A stretch of DNA of 64,000 nt from Eledone cirrhosa (lineage: Eukaryota), in assembly GCA_964016885.1 (NCBI GenBank), contig OZ024742.1, positions 125,302,001 through 125,366,000 on the forward strand. The letters run 5' to 3'. Below the pieces are notes generated by a model, which searched no databases, was not told the DNA's origin, and saw nothing but the letters and a program-made list of their open reading frames with translations. The first letter of the stretch is position 1; each line of letters opens with the position of its first letter. Shown here one piece after another: positions 26,141 to 40,017 of the stretch. A program made the position numbers and the translations under genes.

Positions 26141-28735
26141 AAAAAAAAACACGTGTGTATTCAGTCATATATATATATATATATATATATACACTTATAT
26201 TTTCCTTCGCCAATTCACTGTCCAAGATTTAGAACCGGAAACCACATGGGTATAAATCAAACTTCTTAAACATATATCTGTCCCAATGACTGCAAGTGAG
26301 ATTTAAAGGAAGTACCGATTTCGGAATTGAAATAAACTCAATCAATAATTTTACACAGACGTATATTTTATATATTCTTTTCTTTTTGTATTCGGACCAT
26401 TTCGAAAACTAGAATTGAGACAATAATTTTTTTTTTTTTTTGCATTTTATCATTCTAATGAATTTGACTGTTTTTTTTTTATTTAGAAAACAAATGATAC
26501 TTCCACAATTTCTATTCATCGCAACACTCTTTCTCTTAAAGTTGCCTTCCATAAATAGACTGTGATTTATTATTTTCTTCTGCAAACATTATTCAATGAT
26601 GCTCGGTGTTTTCAATTAATTTCTTTTTTAAAACGTTAATCTGTTATTATCAAGCCAACTAATTATGACTTTTTAGAGACAACTTTTGCAAGTTAAGTTT
26701 CTTCTTGAAAATTAATAAAGAAACAAATGAGACAATTATATCCTAGTACGTCCCTACAAATAATTTCTATTACGTCAGTGTGAAGTGATATGATAAGCCA
26801 GTTGTGTTTCAGATTTTCGGTAACGATAATTAAATGAATATTCATGTTAACAAGTCTGATCGGTAATTTGATGTAATTATTTAAGGTCACAAGGATAAGA
26901 GCTGATTTAATGATATGGTGACAAGTAATTAAAACTAACAAATTTCTATTTTAGTCTTCAAACTTCTATGTAGATATAATTCTTAAAGTCACAGTAACAA
27001 TTCTCTAAGTATATATTACGTTCGGTAAAGAATGGCGTTGCAAAATTAATTTAAATAAAGATTGTATATTTACGTGAACATACGTATGTTGATCTTAATT
27101 TGTTTATTCATATTTGTGGTAGCTATTTATGTCTAATTCGTCTGATTGCCCCTGAGATGATGGAAATGAATGTACATTTCTGAGACGAACTCTACTAGGT
27201 GACAGCGTTTGGTCATAATATCATTTCACGATTCTCGCGAGACTAATCTCGTGAACTGACAACTGAAATCTATCGACGTAAATGGAATAAATAAATAAAT
27301 AGTCAGTCAGGTAAATTACATTTATTTCTAACTTGCACTCGTATCAATTTATTGGATTCTGTTCGTGCGTAAACGCAGGACGAAGCTGACATATTTCGAG
27401 CGCACGCATCAGAACACATAGATATCTAGACCTATTTTAATAGATATATTGGAAAGAAGTAATTTCCATGTTGTATATTTAAACCTTGTAACAGGCTTTC
27501 CATTGTATAAATTATCATGATATCAAACCTAAAGGAAATTTGTTTGTATTTTGTTGGACAGGATTATTGTATTTTCAAGATTCGGCCTGTTAACTTGATA
27601 ACTTTTATAATATTATACATGAAATTCGATTAAAATATCGCATTTCTATTTCAAGCATTTAATGTCATCGTAGAATAGTGAAGTTGGCAAAATAAATCTA
27701 TATTGGATAAAAGAAAAATTGTATTACAGCATTTAGCTTTAATAATTTTAACACTGAGTTCAAATAGTCGGCTGGACTTTAACAGCCACGTCTGGGCTGT
27801 TTTCATATTAATATTGGCTACAGTGCCTATGGTGGAGTAGATTGTGGTGGAAAGGCTGGAATGACAGAGGGCAGAGAGTATCAGATTTTCTGTAAAAAGG
27901 TATGTGAGGGTGAAGAGGATAAGAGTCTCTCCAAGTAAATGAGTCAACTCTCACGATGTGTCTATGAGGTCACACGGTCACAATTTGAGAGTGTGCCTCA
28001 TTTGCCCCTAAGCAGAAGTTCCTCTTTTCTCTCTTATATTTTACATTTCTCTCCTCTTTCTCCACCTCAAACCACTCCATCCAATCCTCTACCTCTGTTA
28101 GTTGATGTTAATTTGGTGTTGCCTTTGTATGCATCCAGCCTGCAACTGTGTAAAACGCACTTAAAATAAGAAATGGAAAATACCAGAAAGATATAAGAAA
28201 TGGAAAATACCCATTAGATATAACACACACACGCAGGCACACGCGCACACACACACAATATATATATACATATATATATATATATACATACATACATATA
28301 TATAATGTTTAATTGGAACATAAACTCAACCTAAAGATCCAAATGTATAAATTAACAGATAAGATTGAATAGAATTTATATTATAAATAAATGTGCGACC
28401 GTATTTCGATTCTGGGTTAAACAAACAACATTTAACTCTATTAACTAATTTGAGTTGATTATAGTTTATTTTATTTTAATATGTAATTAGATGTTTTATA
28501 TTGGGTAAGCTATGCTGAAGGCGAAAAGTTAAGTCTTGACTATGTCTATGCCCATTACTTAACTAAAATACTTACTGTGTTTTCGTTCGTGTATTCATTT
28601 GCAGTGAATGAAATATTTCACTATATGAATGTAGATTACTAAGTTCCGTGTTATATGTTAACACGGAAGGAATATAGAGGTGGAATGAATAAACATTATT
28701 ACTGAAACACTAACGGTTAACTTATATACAACATG

Positions 28736-28780
<45 letters not shown>

Positions 28781-29627
28781 TTAAAATGAAGGAAAAAACC
28801 CAAAGTTAACAACTTAAAGGTTACATGTACCTCTTGACCCAGATTGAACCCAAGGCCAGGATCTCCACCATCTCTAATATCTACCATTAGATACTAGACA
28901 ACTAAAACCATTCTTTAATTTCTACGTACGTTTCTATACATGACAATGATACATGTAAACAAAAATGTAATCGGAAACAGTCAGTTAGCAATTATTTACA
29001 CGAGACATTTTACATATAATAAGATATATATATCTTCATAAGATATAAGAACGCATAAACTTTACCAAATTCAAATAAGAATAGATCCCATAATAAATAT
29101 TGGAAGTAAGGCCAGTTTTTAAAGAAGACTGTACATGAAATGGTTTTAACCTGCAAAGTTATGAAAGATTGGGATTATAGGTAGATGTTTAGAGCATTAT
29201 TTCATTATTCGATAAAATAAAGTACCAGTAATGTACTGTTAATTGCTGGCTTTGTGCCAAAAGTAAAAATATTTATTATTAATAATATTATTATTTCCTA
29301 TAATAGTTAAGAAGAATATTTGTTGGTGTTTAGATAAAATACACAGACAGGAATGAGAAAAGCGAGAAAGCAAAGTGAAATTAATTAAGAAGCAGCGATA
29401 AGAATTTCGTGTAAAAGATATAGGGAAGATAAGTAAATTATCATTAATTTTAATCAGCTTCGAAATTCAAATACACGTGTAGAGCCGAATTGGTTGACTT
29501 CATATTTTGTTGTTAGTTATAAGCATGTGAAAATTCAAAAATTCGAAAATTCGATTTCACACGAAGGTTTAATTCGTTGTGTTGGTTTGGAAAATTGTTT
29601 ACTTACCCATCATTTTAATATTACGTA

Positions 29628-30520
29628 TGGATTGGCAGTATCGATAGAGAGTCGGATGCTATGATTTGTAGCATAGAGTTACGCCCCTTTGTGGTCTGAG
29701 TTCAAATCCCGCCGAGGTTAACTTTGCTTTTCATCTTTACGAGGTCGATAAAATAAAGTACCAGTAATACACTGTGATAATTGCTGGCCTTGTGCCAAAA
29801 GGTAGAAAATTATGTATAATGCTGTTCAGAAGTGCATATATATGCTTCTACACACACACATGCATATATATGTTACTATTATTAATCTGATAGGGCGGTG
29901 GTTTGGCAGTATCGGTAGAGCGCCAGGCACCATGCTTTGCAGCACAGAGTTATGGCATTTTACGTGTTGAGTTCAAATGACTTTCATTCTTAAGGGGTCG
30001 TTATGAAAAAGCACCAGTAATGCACTGGGGTCGATTTAATCGAATTTCCCAAATTGCTAGCCTAGTGCCTAAAGTGGAAATCAATATTATTTTTATCATT
30101 ATTACATGGATTGGCAGAAGGGCGGTGGATGGCAGTATGGGTAGAGGGTCGGACGCCATGCTTTGCAGCATAGAGTTACGGCCCTTTATGATCTGAGTTC
30201 AAATCCCGCCGAGGTTAACTTTACCTTTCATCCTAACGGGGGTCGATAAATAAAGTACCAGTCTCGCACTGGAGGTCGATTTAATTGAATTTCCCCTCCC
30301 TCAAAATTGCTGGCCTTGTGCCTATATAAGAAACCATTATCGGTGAATTGGCAGTATCGGTAGACGGTTGGACGCCATGCTTTCTAGCATAGTTACGTCC
30401 CTTTGCAGTCTGAGTTCAAATCCCGCCGAGGTTAATTTTGCTTTTCATCTTTACGAGGTCGATAAAATAAAGTACCAGTAATACACTGTGATAATTGTGC
30501 CAAAAAGTAGAAAATTATTA
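29628..30520 (+). mobile_element. Cluster of four co-oriented Nin/Deu-like SINEs
   Basis: Copies start near 29628, 29892, 30119 and 30341. Confidence 0.8.
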
Positions 30521-30539
30521 CTAGTAGTAGTAGTAGTTA

Positions 30540-31520
30540 AATTAGACCATAAAAGAACGGCTAATGAAAATATTTTCAACCAACATGCTGAGTGTTAGAT
30601 TACATATGACGACCACATTGGCAAAGCGACATTACCCAAACCGCACATGTATTTGACCGAATGTAATGGTAACAACGGTCCTCGACCTCTCACAGCCTAG
30701 CCCTAGCCGACGAGACACAGGTATACCACGCGCACGGAGCGAAATCCATGTCCACCTACCAATAATAATAGTTCTATAAATAAGCACCCTAGCACGCACA
30801 GAAGATTGCAACTACAGTACCCAGAGAGGAACGACTGGACGATACAGACCATATCTGAACAAGCAAAACCTTTGCGTCTGACGGCAACACCCCCATAAAC
30901 ACACCAAGCCACACCAAGCCACATTAACCACATTAAACACTGCAAGACCACAAGTCCTAATGTGACTTGGTACAACGCCCCGTACTCGATATATATCACT
31001 ACTAATTTTCCCGGAACCTTCTTCAGGGCCCTTGACGAAACCCTTCCACCGACACACAAATACCACAAAACTTTTAACAGGCATACACTAAAATTGTCTT
31101 TCTCCACTGCACCCAACCTAGCTGACACCATAGCATACGCAAATAGGACCAAAATGCATAAATAAAACCAACTTCTTCAATCAACCAATAACACAAGATA
31201 ACACCCCACAAACCATAACAACATCGAACACAGACTGCTTTGAGACATACCAACACCAACATACCACTGCCACGAGGATTGATAGATGCAATTGTAAAAG
31301 ACGAAAGAAGCGCCCACTGGGAAACGAGTGCCTCAATAAAAATATCGTCTATTAGTGTGATATCCTCACTAACTATAAAAAAGCACATACATCGGCGCCA
31401 CCTCAACAACATTTGGAGCGGCTACACGCTTTACACATTATATTTTATATCACGCGTTAAACATTCCAATTATTCCATATTATTCCATGCTATACTGTAA
31501 TTCCATTTAACCACTCACCA
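30540..31520 (+). mobile_element. Decayed YRDD-lineage PLE fragment (thumb/linker)
   Basis: TWYNAPYS..FFRALDETLPPTHKYHKTFNRHTLKLSFST matches 10110-10260. Confidence 0.75.
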
Positions 31521-31524
31521 AATG

Positions 31525-31598
<74 letters not shown>

Positions 31599-31661
31599 GT
31601 ATTTCCGTAGAAAGGGTAAAGGAAAGGAGAGTGCTCTATGTATGCTACAGAGTTATCTAAT

Positions 31662-31830
31662 TATATAATAAGCAACACAAAACAATTATTCCATTTACCA
31701 AAATTTTCATGTAGACAGGCGAGTTCAACAGAGACGTCTGAAATCGCTCATCAGACGTCTCTGTTGATCTCGCCTGTCGTTGTGAAACCATTCGTAAATG
31801 GAATAATTCTTTTGTGATGTTCATTACATA
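31662..31830. repeat. Fold-back hairpin
   Basis: Inner stem 31714-31778 with one mismatch; outer arms AATTATTCCATTTAC/GTAAATGGAATAATT. Confidence 0.8.
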
Positions 31831-31886
<56 letters not shown>

Positions 31887-32304
31887 TACCCTCTAACTTC
31901 TATCATTTACACTTTTTTTTTTTCATCCTTACTTATTCTAACTCATATCTTTATAGCCTCCAACTCAATGACACCGAAATACAGGATATTCTTTGTATTA
32001 GCCATCCGACCTTTGTCATGCCCCCCCCCCCCTTTGAATTGCTATCGGATCTCATCATTCTTTAAATCTTACCCCACCCCCTCAAACCACGACATAAGCA
32101 CCCATCTGACCACTATTAAATTGTGATGGCCTCACTCCATCCCCATCTTTACCACTGGATATACCCCACTAGAATTGATTCGTTTTCTCAATCCCTTTCT
32201 TTTTTCTATATCTTCCCTTCCCCTCTCCCACGCTTTCACATATTTTTTCTCCCCAGAACTACCAATCAAAAATAAGAAATGTGACCCCCCCCCTCCCAAA
32301 AATA

Positions 32305-32490
32305 ATAATTGTTTCTACTTTCGGCACAAGGCCAGCAATAAACCAGTGTATTACTGGTACTTTATTTTATCGACCCTGTAATGATGAAAGGCAAAGTTAA
32401 CCTCGGCGGGCTTTGAACTGAGACCATAAAGGGTCGTAACTCTTTGCTGCAAAGCATGGCGTCCGACCCTCTACCGATACTGCCAATCCA
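32305..32490 (-). mobile_element. Nin/Deu-like SINE
   Basis: Family match. Confidence 0.8.
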
Positions 32491-33009
32491 GAAAACATAC
32501 ATCTTTAACGTTGTACGCGGAGTATTCTGTCATTAAGCTAACAGAAATCTGAAGAACTTTCGATTCCAGAGTCGGGCACGATCAATCGCGAGACCTGCGT
32601 CACACCTGAATAAAAGTAATGAAAATTTGACCCCTCGTCCATACTTATTATTAATGTTACACTCTGCTTAGTACAACCCCAAAGTATATACTGGAAACTA
32701 CTCATCGAGTGCTAACTCTGGTGAACCAAGAGTAACTTGATGCTACAATCCATAAACTGTATATATATATACGTGTGTGTGTGTGTGTATGTGTGTAGAT
32801 ATATGTTGGAGTTTGGGCGTGTGTGTGTACTTAATTAATCAGTGGTTTTCTCAAGAAGCCCTTTTCAACTGAGACACACTTACATGCTATTTTGTGTTAG
32901 GTTGTCTGTATGAAGCTTATTAATTACCAGCAACCCTACTGTTAACTTTTCAGTTTCATATAAACACCGCTATTTATAGTTTTTCTTCTCCCCATTATTT
33001 GTCTAGGTA

Positions 33010-33202
33010 AGGGCGGTGGATTGGCAGTATCGGTAGAGGGTCGGACGCCATGCTTTCCAGCATCGTTACGTCCCTTTACGATCTGAGTTCAAATCGCGCC
33101 GAGGTTGACTTTGGCTTTCATCCTTACGGGGTCGATAAAATAAAGTACCAGTAATGCACTGGGTAATTTGCAGGCATTGTACCTAAAGTAGAAACAATTA
33201 TT
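33010..33202 (+). mobile_element. Nin/Deu-like SINE
   Basis: Family match. Confidence 0.8.
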
Positions 33203-33890
33203 TGTCTAGGTAACAAGAAATCCCTCACAATACGTTCTATATTCACAGAATGAATCATTAAATTGTTCATTTATTCAATTACTTAACCAAAGAATCAGTC
33301 GAGAATATAATCATTCAGCCAATAAAAAAATAAATAAATCGATGCATCTCCACACAATACCATTCCTTGGAAAACACTATATATTTTATAAGCAATAAAA
33401 TTACCTCTTCTTTCGATGGATGTATTTGCATTGAAGGGATTTCCTAGTTCAGCTTCACTTTTAGTTACTGCTATCCGAGATGTGTTTGTAGCATTATACA
33501 TATAAATTACTATGCTTTTTAGTTAGAAAATGTATTCAAAAAACAATTAAATATCAAGACATCATGTCATTTCAGAAGTATTTCTATGTAAAACTGACAG
33601 ACGGTGATTTTAAGAATCGTTATTTGAAGCACATTTACTCTCTCCGTGTTTAGAAGACAAGATTGACAAAGAATAGCAAACTACTACCTGGCCCTATTCT
33701 GAATAGAATAATGAATCCTACATTCACCCTCCAAACACCACGTTTATAAAATTATATATCAGACGTAATTTTGAAAGAAAATAATCACACACACACATCT
33801 CTCTCTCTATATATATATATATATATGTATATATAATTCAAGAGTTAAGAGTAACATGGTTGTCTGTACAATACGGGTTTTATTAACAGT

Positions 33891-33997
33891 GCTGACAATT
33901 GTTTCTTTGATCTGGAAGGTCTAGAGTTCGCTAATAGCTAGATGTTGCCTCAATCGAACTCCAATACTTTGTTTATAACGAGTTAATTCATCAGAGC
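33891..33997 (-). ncRNA. Hammerhead-like motif with extended helix II
   Basis: GCT-CTGATGA-(about 80 nt)-GAAACAATTGTC-AGC; partner copy 37391-37496 lacks the core G (CTATGA). Confidence 0.5.
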
Positions 33998-34744
33998 GAG
34001 CGAATGTGAGGATAATATACAAGGCATGGCTTTTATAGAGGAGTGGTATTAGACCAGAACATTAATATCAATTACAAAATAACTAGATACTGAATAGTTA
34101 AATTAATAACATCAATATAAGTGAGAAATAAAGTATAATGATAAAATGATAAAACTAGTATGGTAACCGAAGTGATATGATATAGATGTATGAAGTTGAC
34201 ATGTGAAAACTACTATAGGTTACTTTGGACGTAGTTTCTGAGGGATGAAGCGATAACCAATAAAATGTACCCAGAGTCAGATTTTTGGAATCTGCCCCTT
34301 TAAGTGCAATTATGAGTGATCTACATACAAGTGTGTTGTGGGTCTAAAGGCACACTAGCAATAAACCGGAGATTGATTTATGGTCTGACAGAGAAGTATT
34401 TTCGTTGTATTAACTTAGTTAGATTGATAGAGTGAGTGTATAAAGATATATGGTTCTTAGGTAGTATTAAGTGAAATTCTAGATTCAGTATTTTAATGTT
34501 TAGGTGGCTCATGTTAAATGTTGGGATTGTTAGTTCGAATCATGGGGGTTTAGTTTTCACAACTTCGATGACAAATAGCGTATAATTAAGACAATAAATC
34601 AACAATAAAATATGCATGGTAAATAGATAGAGAACATGATGAATAGAATTGGGGATAGGGTACATTGAGATGATTATAATAGTAATAAGAAGAAAATAAG
34701 AGTTTCAAGGAGTGTAAGGGTAATAAAATAATGTACTGAAAATA

Positions 34745-36559
34745 TCCGATTGAACCGAACCTCTAACCCCCATGTAACCCCGCATTGAACCTTAAGGATC
34801 ACACAAATAATTTTGAAACAAACCTTACAATTAGATTAATATGCCCATCTAAGTCAGATATCGGTAAAATTAGCAAATACATTCTAGATAGTGTTATCGC
34901 ACAAATAAAGGGAAAACTGGAAATCAGTTTATGGGGTAACACTAGCGAAGCAATAGAATGGTTCAGTAAAATAAGAAACAGAGAAACATACAACTTCATT
35001 CAATTCGACATAAATGATTACTACGCATCCATCTCCCCAGTCACCCTAAATAAAGCGCTAATCTTTGCCCAAAATAACTCAGACCTTACCTCAGATGAAA
35101 TTAAAATAATACTAGCTGCTAGAAAGACTCTCATAAAATTTGAAAATAGCTACTGGGAAAGAAAAACATAGGAGGAATAGCTTCGATATCACAATGGGAC
35201 TGAAAGACTCAGCGCAAATAACGGACGTTGTGGGGATATTTATAGCACACAACCTCCAAGGAGGAATTTATAGAGATGATACGCTCCTTATAGCTAAAAA
35301 CTTAAATAACCAGAACATGGAAAGGTTACGAAAAAATATTAGAACATTCTTCAAAAAACTAGGCCTAGATATTACTTTCGAACTAAATTCTAAAAAAGCA
35401 ATTTTTTAGGTGTTACTCTAAACCTAAACACAGGATTGATAGAACCCTTCCACAAAAATAATGAAAATCTAGCCTAGATTAGTTACAACTCGAAGCACCC
35501 CCGATCCATAATTAAATCCATAGCACGTAGTATATCCCTTAGAATATCCCGCCTATCCATAGCACGTAGTATATCCCTTAGAATATCCTAAGGACGACAC
35601 AAACACTCCAGATAACACCAACGCCAACCGCCCATACCAAAATAAAAGATACAGGACTAGGCATAGAACTAAACAATTATCACCAACAGTAGGGAGACTG
35701 AACACTAATAATAAAAAAAACCAAAACTATTGAAGAACTAGAGAAAGAAAATATCAATGGTTTAATCCGATCTTCAACTCCTCTATAGGAACTAAACTGC
35801 CTTCTACGTTTTTTGAAACTAATAGATAAACACTTCCCTACATCGCATAGATATCATAAAATCTTCAATAGAAAAACTATAAAACTTTCATACTCTACTG
35901 CAGCCAACATTGAATCGCACGTACGTAAGATCAACCACAGGAATATATCTAAGGAAACTACCCCACCAGTACACAACATAGCACCAAACACTAAACACAA
36001 ACACATAACAGTACCACAACCACAAACGCATCGGAACACACCAAAACAAAACTTCAATAGGCATGAATCGCAACCCACACATAACAATTTGCAGAACCAC
36101 AGTGCGAAAGCTGCACAGAATAATACTTCAAACTGCAATTGCCACCTACCAGATAAATGCCCATTAGCGAATAGATGCCTAGATTCTAGCTTAGTGTACA
36201 TGTGTACTGTAAACTCGGGAAACTCCACCTGGCACTTCATTGGATCCACCACGGGTGTTTTTAAAAATTGATGGTATGTACACAGACATTCAATGAAGAA
36301 TCGTGCACTGGGGAATTCCACAACCCTCGCCAATAAAATCTGTCAACTTAGGGACAAAAACCATGATTACAATATTAGCTGGTCGAAATTATCGGCCGAA
36401 AAGGCCTATAGCAGCAGTATGTACCATTGCGGGCTCTGCAACCTTGAATTGCTACATATCTTAAGCTACGATAAAATGCTGCTTAACAGCAAAATAGAAA
36501 ATTCAATTTTCTGCAGACATAGGATTGCTCCTAAATTTACGAGATTTAAACCACCGTGA
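34745..36559 (+). pseudogene. PLE RT + GIY-YIG, multiply frameshifted
   Basis: IRLICPSKSDIG, QFDINDYYASI, GGIYRDD, WFNP, CNCHLPDKCPLANRC, LVY..FIGST, CGLC..FCRHR. Confidence 0.88.
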
Positions 36560-37721
36560 TTCGAACCAGCATCCCCGAACTTAATGGAAAATCACTTAGA
36601 ATTTAACATATGAAATCCGCATTCTCACAAAGCCCACCTCAGAACCATAATCTTCTATAAACATCTTCCAGCCTCCCTACATCTGTATCACCAAGATGTA
36701 GCAGTAATATCTACAAACATCTACCAATTATCATGTCAGCCCATAAATCTATCTAGCATTTGCTGTTGTTTATTCTTTTGGACCAAACAATTATATCTAT
36801 ATATCTCACATTAGCATCCATGATCTCTAACAGATGAACCTAATTCGAAGTATATTATTTTATTACCTTTACACTCCTTGAAACTCTTATTTTAATATAC
36901 TGAATCTAGAATTTCACTTAATACCACCTAAGAACCATATATCTTTATACAGTCACTCTAACAATATAACTAAGTTAATACAACGAAAATACTTATCTGT
37001 CAGACCATAAATCAATCTCCGGTTTATTGCTAGTGTGCCTTTAGACCCACAACACACTTGTATCTAGATCACTCATAATTGCACTTAAAGGGGCAGATTC
37101 CAAAAATCTGACTCTGGGTACATTTTATTGGTTATCGTTTCATCCCTCAAAAACTACGTCCAAAGTAACCTATAGTAGTTTTCACATGTCAACTTCATAC
37201 ATCTATATCATATCACTTCGGTTACCATACTATTTTTATCATTTTATCATTATATTCTATTTCTCACTTATATTGATGTTATTAATTTAACTATTCAGTA
37301 TCTAGTTATTTTGTTATTGATATTATTGTTCTGGTCTAATACCACTCCTCTATAAAAGCCATGCCTTGTATATTATCCTCACATTCGCTCGCTCTATGAA
37401 TTAACTGGTTATAAACAAAGTATTGGAGTTCGATTGACTCAACACCTAGCGATTAGCGAACTCTAGACCTACCAGATCAAAGAAACAATTGTCAGCACTG
37501 TGAATAAAGCCCTTATAGTACAGACAACGTTGTTACTCTTATCTCTTGAATTATTACTACTCCAAGTATAACCTACATAGAAATCACCGTAAACTCGCTG
37601 CATCATTATGGAAGCGACCTGTTGAGTCAAACTAGGCCATACGTTAATACCATCCACAACACGGAGTACTCTAACTGGGCTACCTCCATGTGGATTGCCT
37701 ATAACGATAACTTGTTATCAC

Positions 37722-37755
<34 letters not shown>

Positions 37756-38009
37756 TTGAAAAAAGGAAACGAATGGCTTCACTTGTAGTTCTAAACAATT
37801 TGATTTAATGTCATAATATTATAAAATTAAATCAAATTCTTTAGAACTACAGGTGAAGTCATTCTTTTCCTTTTTTCAAGTATACCTAACTGTACCAAGG
37901 ATTTCACACATTTTCTTATATATATATATATAAAAGGAACGATCGACTTTCGTCAAATCTGACGGAGGAAACAATGTTTCCATTGGTCTTTCCAATGTCT
38001 AATACTATC

Positions 38010-38135
38010 TATCGCTCGCATCTCCAGGTCGAAGGAGCAACGTAAAATAAAGAATCTTGCTGAAGGACATAACGGATCACCCGGTCGGTGAACCTCACAA
38101 TTGCGAATACAATTCTCTAACTACTCAGGCACACG
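38010..38135 (-). mobile_element. Degenerate CORE-like SINE fragment
   Basis: Similar to 4990-5118. Confidence 0.5.
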
Positions 38136-38140
38136 TCTTC

Positions 38141-38221
<81 letters not shown>

Positions 38222-38247
38222 CATATATATATATATATATATATATA

Positions 38248-38538
38248 CGATATTAACAAATGGAAACTATATTTATATTTATAAAACCATATTTATTTCA
38301 TTATACATATTTCAAGGACACCAAGTTAAATTATGGTGTGCTTTCTTCAGACAAAATATAATATAATATAAATATATATTATATATATATAAATGCGACT
38401 GTTGGAAGCTCCCGGATAGATGACTATCCGGGAGCTTCCAACAGTAATGGTTGCATTTTTTAAGAGTATGTCAATATTTATTTATAAAACTGATCTATAT
38501 TATATTTTGTCTGAAGAAAGCACACCATAATTTAACTA
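38248..38538. mobile_element. Mini fold-back of the 6.8-12.5 kb PLE family terminus; hammerhead on minus strand 38294-38358
   Basis: Perfect 22-bp stem with ATGA loop at 38398-38445; CTGAAGA core in both arms. Confidence 0.8.
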
Positions 38539-39289
38539 TTCATACAGTTCATTGAAGCAACTTTTGTTCAATTACAAAGTATGTTTATTCATTTTAAATT
38601 TTATTGACTTGAAACTTATCTTCACAAAATTCTATTTCCGTCATAAAATTTGTACATAATTTTCCAGAAATTTCATAATACCTATCAAACATCATTTTAA
38701 TATGATTTGCTTCCATTTACAAATATTGAAATAATTACAATAGGGCTTTTAAATTTGAAGATGAGTTACACGTCACACAACATAGCTTGTAAATGTTCAT
38801 GATTGAAAAGAAATATTAATTTTATTACTATCCACATCATAAATGCAGTTCAATGGCGATTTAGAGGAGATTTAGCTGATAGTATTGCATTAAGGATGGC
38901 GCATGTCAAGCAAAGGGTCAGTAGACAGCAATTTGGCAGAACTAGTAAGGAAAAGACTTACGCGTCTTACTTTCTTAACAGTGAAATGAAAACATTGACA
39001 AAAGTCCTTATCAATACAATAGGTATTATTGCACTTTTACTTTGTGTGATCCATCATTTTTTATAGTTTTATTAAATGAATAATAATGACTGCTCCTCAT
39101 AAAGTTATTTTAATGGAATATACACACTGTCTCAAATGCAAACTATGAGAACACAATACATATAGTGGGATCTCGGGAAGTTTAGCTAGAAACGAACGTT
39201 TTACATGTAGACACTACGTCGGGGCAGTAAGCAGCAAACAACCACAGAAAACAAGCAGTCTTAAATTCCTGGAAGGTTTGGTAGACACA

Positions 39290-39720
39290 GCAGAAAACCT
39301 CTGCTACCTGGGTAGCCAGAGTGAGAACAGGATGGAAGACGTTGAGAGAGCGACTGCCACTGCTAGCTATAAAAGGCAGACTGTATGATGCGTGCATACG
39401 TACATCAATGTTACATGGTAGAGAGACCTGAGCACTTTGTGCAGAAGACTTGCGTAGATTGGAAAAAGATTAAGCCTGCATGCTCCGCAGGATGTGTAAT
39501 AGTAACTAACGTGAACGGCAAAGCATAAACGAACTCAGAGAGAAACTAAGCATCATCGGAATTGGATGCAGTGTGCAGGAGAGGAGACTGCGTTGGTATG
39601 TACATGTGATGCGTATGAAGGATTAGAGATGTTTAAAAAGGCGCAGTGCGCTCAAAGTCGATAGAATCCTTGGAGTGGGGAGACCCAGGGAGACTTGTGA
39701 TATATTGATAAAAGCTGAGG
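39290..39720 (+). mobile_element. RTE LINE 3' fragment
   Basis: LREKL..VQERRLRWYVHVMRM..GVGRPRET. Confidence 0.7.
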
Positions 39721-39879
39721 AGGATGACAATTTAACATATTTCCGGGGCTTGAAAGGCGGAAAGGCGTCCTTGTTGCTGCCATTCTTTCATTTACGTAGA
39801 CGTCAATGTCCCTTTACCTTATGAGTTCAAATACCACTGGTGTCAACATTGCACATAATCTTTTCGGAACCTGATAAAA

Positions 39880-40017
39880 TTCTTCTTCTTCTTCTTCTTC
39901 TTCTTCTTCTTCTTCTTCTTCTTCTTCTTCTTCTTCTTCTTCTTCTTCTTCTTCTTCTTCTTCTTCTTCTTCTTCTTCTTCTTCTTCTTCTTCTTCTTCG
40001 TCTTCTTCTTCTTCTTC
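39880..40017. repeat. (CTT)n microsatellite
   Basis: Direct reading. Confidence 0.98.

Larger units (their letters stand above)
33836..37552 (+). mobile_element. Second YRDD-type PLE bracketed by an inverted copy of its 3' tail
   Basis: 33836-34735 is the reverse complement of 36848-37552 (about 34497-34690 absent from right arm). Confidence 0.9.

Noticed and set aside
27800-28170. Additional PLE C-terminal remnant
   Set aside because: Too degenerate to support by eye
29628-30520. CRISPR-like array
   Set aside because: Repeats are about 200-bp SINEs in eukaryotic DNA; no spacers or cas genes
38803-39066. Host exon or small membrane protein
   Set aside because: No recognisable motif or coherent splice pair
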